The notes under the pieces were generated by a model. It saw nothing but the letters and a program-made list of their open reading frames with translations, was not told where the DNA came from and did no database searches. The position numbers and the translations under genes are program-made. From Phoronis australis (taxonomy: Eukaryota > Animalia > Phoronida), in contig NMRA01000010.1 in NCBI GenBank assembly GCA_002633005.1, positions 2,014,924 to 2,078,923 of the forward strand: a stretch of 64,000 nucleotides of DNA. The letters run 5' to 3'. This document shows positions 58,026 through 64,000 of this stretch, piece by piece (within the stretch, counting starts at the first letter, position 1; each line of letters starts with the position of its first letter).

Positions 58026-60265
58026 CTATATATACATGAAAACCATAAATAATACTACACACTGAAAAAATCCTTCAGTTTATGACAAAATACAGCGAAA
58101 AAGTAAAATGAATTTCATTTTGTCACAATTCTCTACAAACTTCATTCTGAAGAATATGGTTAATTAAATAGATGCGCCCACACCTCCAATGTGAATGGTG
58201 CGCTTCGAGGGTTTGTCGTGTTTAGTGTTTATGACCACTAGGTAGTACAAAATATGTCAAAACCATCCCAAAATGGAAAAATGTTAGACCCATCATAACA
58301 GAAACTTGTTTGTCAAAGTTCAATAAAGACTGTCAGAGACAAACAAAAAAACAAAAATTGCCACTAGTTGTAGCGAGATCCGTCCAAAAGTCGTAAGCAG
58401 CTGTACTCACATTTATAGTATAAAACTTGCAAAATTTCACAACAATCCTACAGCGAGTACGCAAAAATGATATTAAGAGGCGCGGCTACAGTTGTCAACA
58501 CTGACCAAAAATCAATGTCTTCTCATCAGGAACACATCTTTAAGCAGTTTGGCACATAAAGAGGCGGATACCAAAAATGAACTCTAAAAAATAAAAATAC
58601 CCAATAGGTGGTGCAAAAACAAATCGAATCCGTACGATAATGGAAGAGTATCGTCATCTCATTGATAGGGCTAAATCCATAACTGCAAAAGTTTAGTTTT
58701 TTGGAAGAAGGCAGCCAAGCTTGGATTTCCTCGTCTCCTTACAAACCAATGCTGGGTCGGCTAGAAAAAGACTACTGATGACTAAAGTAATATCATGTAA
58801 ACCAGGTTCGTTAAAAAATCTTGAACTCGTGGGGTTTACCCCTTGAAGATTGAATTCCAAGTTTGGAAAACCTTACCTCTTGGTAACCGTTACTGGGCAA
58901 GCTACACTAAGATCGCTAGTCATATGCGCGCACCCAGCCTTTAATATGGGGAGACTCGAATTTCTGACGAAGTGGGCCTTTTAATGACAAAAAAGCGGGA
59001 AGGCCAAACTTAAAAAAAATGGGGTACCACCTTCAGAACTGTGAACTGTGTGTCTGCGCCTTGTTTGTGAACTTTTGTCTCCTTTTCTCGGACTTTTTGT
59101 TTCTCTGAGACGGATCATTTTGCCCACTTCGCCAAATGGGGGGGGGCTCATTTGAGCCCCCCAAGCCCCCCTGGGTCCGCGCCTGAGTCAGTGACACAAT
59201 AAAGACAGTTTTCCTACCAACTGACAATCAAAACAAACACAACCTATGATATGTTCGTGTGAGTGTGATGATGCAGCTCGCGCTTGGTATATTCAAGAGC
59301 ACTAAAACAAGGACATCAACCACATTGCCAGTACGGAAGCTTAAAAAAAGAGCATTTTTGAGCTTAATCAATCTTGCCAGAAAGGATTATGTAAGTGCAA
59401 TCAATTACTTGCCTAGTTCTGAGCTATCCACCTCACACAAGATCAATACTGAAGTTACAGTAAAGTTCCCTCAATTCAAACAAAAATTAACAAAAATAAT
59501 GGCCAAAAACTGACATTTCTTCATTTTCAGATGCTCGCTGCATCACCAAAAATTTCAAAATTTCATTGTGTGTTTGTTGATGACAGCCGTGCAATATAAA
59601 GTTTTCAAACAATCGAGTAAACTGTCTTGTTTACTCTTGTTGAAAATTCTGATAAAATAAAAAGTTACTCTTCCGTCATACAACGTTTTTAAGACACTTA
59701 ACCTTACCACAGCTGCACCATACTGTTTCAAAGTCTGATTGTTCATTAGTCTACATGGAAAAAAACCAGCACAAAACTTCTCTATTACTTAGGTACAAGA
59801 GCTTGAGAAAAAGGCAAAGCTTGTAACAGAAATGACCGGCTTCAGGAAAAGAGTTTGGTTCAGAAAGATGGCCTTATACAATGTTTATGTCAACAAATAA
59901 AATAAACCTTAATTAAAATCAGTAATTATCCCATTAAAGCTGAATTTCGCCTCGTTTAGCTGGCTAAATAGACCTTTTCCTCTCATAAAATTGGTCTCAC
60001 CACATTCACAACTATTATGAAACTCTAATTATGTTACCTACAAGAGCATCGAACCCACCATCTACTCAAGAAAACCCTTATTGGACTTGGCCAATCTCAA
60101 AGTTGTCAATCCAAAAATGGCGCAAATATGCATCGCCAGCGACTTTAGATGCCAGCTCATTTGCCAATAACTCAAGATCGTATGCAACGATGAATAATTC
60201 AACATTGAGAGCTAAATAGCAACAAAATGCCACTTTTTATAAAAAAAGGTGCACTGGATACATAC

Positions 60266-60362
60266 ACTGGCATCTCCTCTTGTGGGACGTAACCATCTTT
60301 CACCTTCCTCGGCTTTCTCCAACTACCGTCGGGCCGCTGGGTGGCGGGCAGATAAAACTGTC
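60266..60362 (-). CDS. PYM1: PYM1 exon encoding the Mago/Y14-binding domain
   Basis: tgcag|GA...CCAGT|gtatg; [33 protein letters not shown]; joins the last exon in phase 2; upstream ATG exon not located. Confidence 0.95.
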
Positions 60363-63300
60363 CTGCAAAACATACCGTACACAGAAATTCAACGACAAGT
60401 GCAACAACACTGACACATTATGTAGTCACTAATCATAATTTATGCATTATTGTCAGTTTCCCATTACTGTAACTCCATCAAAACTCCCCTTATCTTTCCC
60501 ACCAACTCCTCTCCAGTTACAACCTTGGAGATGTTGCAAGTTCTAAGAATTGAACACGAGATTGCATTCGCACTCTTGACCGAATACTTGTGTTACATGT
60601 AACGACCTCCAGCGATTCCCTCCTCCCACTGGAGTGCAGTTGGACACTCCCATTGCAGGACAGTTCCACACTTGTTTTGAAGAGGAGTTGCGGAGTTGCA
60701 ATGGTTGTGATAGTCCAAGAGAAGCGCTTTTCCACTGTCAGACCATAACTCACAAAAACAGGGGAGATGTGATGCAGGTGGGGAAAGTACCATCTGAATA
60801 TATCAAAGGGAACCAAAAACAAAACGGTAAAACCAGACCAATTTAGGACACGATATGTCACGCATTTAATTTTTTTCTTTGATTCCTGTTTAAAGCACCA
60901 CATTAATATTTTATCAGAAAAAGCTGTGTACCATAGCTAACAACACACAACGTGGGCATTCACAACATTTAATTATAGCTTTCCCTTGTATTTTAAAATA
61001 CCATAAACTTTGCAGAAATTATTTCCAATAATTTGCTATGGCCTCACGCAATCAATAATTCCATTTCTGTAGTCCCTATCAGCAGGCCTTGAAAATGCCC
61101 TTGTCATATACCTGTGACGCTCATGAGCTAAATACTATATTTAGCTCATTGGTGAGACTATTAACATATCTGTTTGTTACACTGAATAATGAGCTAATTT
61201 AGCTGATTGCATTGAACAAATGAGACTCAGAGTATCAGACCATTGGCTGCAATACTGTTAGAGCAGTCTGAACAGAAATTTTAAATAGTAAACAAACATC
61301 CAACTGATGAACAAACTTCCACCAAATTAATCTTGCAAACTCAGAATCCCTGTGAAGTTGTGTCCCAATGCAGAACTTCTTACCACTGAAAATTTGCCAA
61401 ATAAATACAGGGATTATTCCAGGCAATTTCCGCAAGGGAACAGCACCTATGTCAGAACCTCAGGTTGAAAAAATGAAGGATAAATTTGGCTATTATTTTC
61501 CCAGAATTGGTGAGATTTAACTCTGTCATACACTCTGAGGTGGGATCACATTGTAGATAAAAATAACAGCAGGCGGTCTGGTACACGCTCCATTGTATCA
61601 GACGTTCACAAGACACTCAGGTGGGTCCATTGCACTGATCACCTGGAACTATTTTCATGCTTCATTAAAATACAGTTAAAACCACCAGATTATAGAAAAT
61701 TCATGTTCAAACAACTATAAATAGTCAGTACTGGGCATAAGACTTAAATAGTGGCATGTTATAACTACTAAATCAATCTACAGATTTGATAACCAGAAGC
61801 TTTATCCTCTACTGAAGTATGTAAAACTAAATACTTCAGAAGGCCCTTAACACAGTATGACCTAATTTGTCATCTCCAACCACACATGGTTCTTTTGATC
61901 AAACTGATACATTACTGTAAAATGATACTTGCAGATAAACCATTCCTAAATCAAAGCAATCAAACCAGCATTCACTATGGTAAATGAAAGTAAATTGAAT
62001 TCACACAGAATCATAATCAATAAAGATTCAGTCTAGACAGGCTCAATATCCCAAGGCTGTGAAGATGGGTCACTTGAGGCGGAAATTATGGTACCTGTGC
62101 TTCAGACAATGTCGACTTTTAGAAAGTAATCTTCATAGTGAAGGAACGCTGCGACCAAGTAAGATACAGGTCATTTGTCGGTCACGACTCGTGGAAGCAG
62201 ATTGGAGGACCCCTCAATCCAACTAGTGGATGAGTGGGTTTGTTGCAAACCCAAACTTAAATTAAATACACCTGGCACAAACTTTCATCTCCATTTTGTA
62301 AAACTCTTAAAATTTCGCACAATAATTGGTACTCGAGAAAAGAATATACTGAATATTAATGTAAAGTGCAAATAAATACTGTGGGATTGATGTCATTTGG
62401 TCGTGTACATGGCAGTTAGGTCACCAAACACGCATTGATTAGCAGTTATTATTAAAGAAGTTAAATTTTCCAGCAGCCACTACAGTGCTGCCATAGGCCA
62501 AACAACATCACCTCTAATGTATTGCCCACTGAAGATTTTTTGCGTGTTCTGGCAGGAGTCACAAATAGAAAATAAGTAAGGTCTATCTGAAATAAAACAA
62601 TTGCCAATTGCGATTTATTTTCCACAACTGAAATTTTGAACAAATTTTAATCGATTTAAAAATCGATATCATACCAGTAAGACAGTTTGTGGTTGAACTA
62701 GAACTATTGTAAGCCCCTTTCCACTATATTCTTGGCCTTTTTCTGCATGGTTTTCTGTTCTTTCAAAAGGCGGCAGCATATGACGACCATAGGAGTAAAA
62801 TGGATGCCGAAAAGCGTACAATTGAAACAATTCGGCATAAATAAAAGAAAACTTTTTAATCAACGAATACTATATATTTGTGAGAGTTAAAATCCTATTC
62901 AGAGCATAACTTTGAACTGGAATAATTGGGTGAGTATGACAGCAAGCCGGTTTTATGCTTAGGCAGACGACCATTGGTAGGGAGGATGTTTTTTAATTTT
63001 TTTTTACAATTCCCATCTGTCATACATTTTTGAAAAGCCCTTGGTGTGAGAAATGAAATGGTGCAAAAATCAGAAAAATTGGATGAGCAGTTAACGAGAA
63101 AATGGCCGTAGAAACGCAACGATTATGCGTAAAATATCTGCCTTTTTACATAATTTCGTAAAAAACAAAAGAATGTACATGTGCTGCATATAAAAAGATT
63201 CGTCTCATTGAGACAAACATGGTGGTGTATATTATATAAAATTTGGATCGATTTCTACAGAGATATTGCTGTTTAAGTGTGTTATTAGCATATAGAACAG

Positions 63301-63425
63301 GCTCATCATGTTTGATGAAAACAATGGATTACACAGCTTAAAAGGTAAAGAGCAAAGACACCACATCAGCTCAGAAATAAATTCATCTGAGCTAGGAGGA
63401 AATTTCACATCAAATTACAAGATAA

Positions 63426-63590
63426 CATTGGTGGATTTGGGGGGGCAAGGGGGCCGGCCAGCCCCTGCCCCCCCTAAAACTCCCAGATTTCATTTGGCAG
63501 TTTGAGGGTGCAAATATCTTACGGGTAAAATCCTGCATAATACTCTGCCCTGCCCCCTCCTCCTATCTAAAAATCCTAGATCTACCCCTG
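63426..63590. mobile_element. Second, inverted copy of the 55182-55341 MITE
   Basis: Reverse complement shares gggcagggcagagtatta..caggatttt.ccc..tttgcacc..actgccaaatg..ttttaggggggg. Confidence 0.7.
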
Positions 63591-64000
63591 AATGCTACTA
63601 CATGGGCAACACATCATTGCCTGACAGTGACAGGGGTCTCATAGTGGGGGAGGCTATAGATCCCCCACTTTTTTCAGTGCTGGGTGCCACCCATGTACTA
63701 TTAGAGCGTATCATGGCAAAAAAACATCAGAAAGTAGACAAAAGACCATTTGGGAAAACAAATCACTCTTAACATGAAGGATTTCATCATTTACGCAACA
63801 AAAACTTTATTTCGAACGGTAAAGTTGCGATGCCATTGAACTTCAACGTAGCCGCTGGTGGCGCTCACATGCGGCGACTTAGTGAACGACTGCTGTTTGA
63901 AAAGTGCCATTGGCAATGCGCAGCAGTTTGACAGAATTTCTGAAAATGAAATAATTACCAATTAAAAGAGTGATAAATTCCTCATCTAAAAATCGGGGGG

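Noticed and set aside
60038-60211. Possible poison cassette exon in the PYM1 intron (AG...GT bounded, early stop)
   Set aside because: It needs a 54-nt upstream intron, far shorter than any other here (minimum about 127 nt), and has no other support.
60517-60903. 128-aa minus-strand ORF and an exon-like plus-strand segment
   Set aside because: No recognisable homology, stops in all plus-strand frames, and no partner exons.

Overview
AT-rich, intron-rich animal genomic DNA (probably an invertebrate; draft assembly with one 580-N gap and two single-N joins). About 53.5 kb of the + strand is the 3' two-thirds of a divergent dynein heavy chain gene, best matching DNHD1. I traced about 50 GT-AG exons by hand from the end of AAA1 through AAA2-AAA4, stalk/MTBD, AAA5, AAA6 and the C-terminal domain to a TAA at 53608. 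Intron phases are consistent throughout except across the N gap. Convergent with it on the - strand are two coding exons of PYM1 (partner of Y14 and Mago); its ATG exon was not located. Introns carry TTAA-flanked MITEs, a foldback element, a rearranged palindromic repeat and short tandem repeats. No tRNA, rRNA or CRISPR was seen. I found no demonstrably new biological system. The best leads are in-frame microexons in the dynein's disordered inserts, a SILK-like plus RVxF (PP1-docking) pair in the AAA3-AAA4 insert, a degenerate AAA4 P-loop and two intronic hairpin elements. All calls are by eye; no database search was run.
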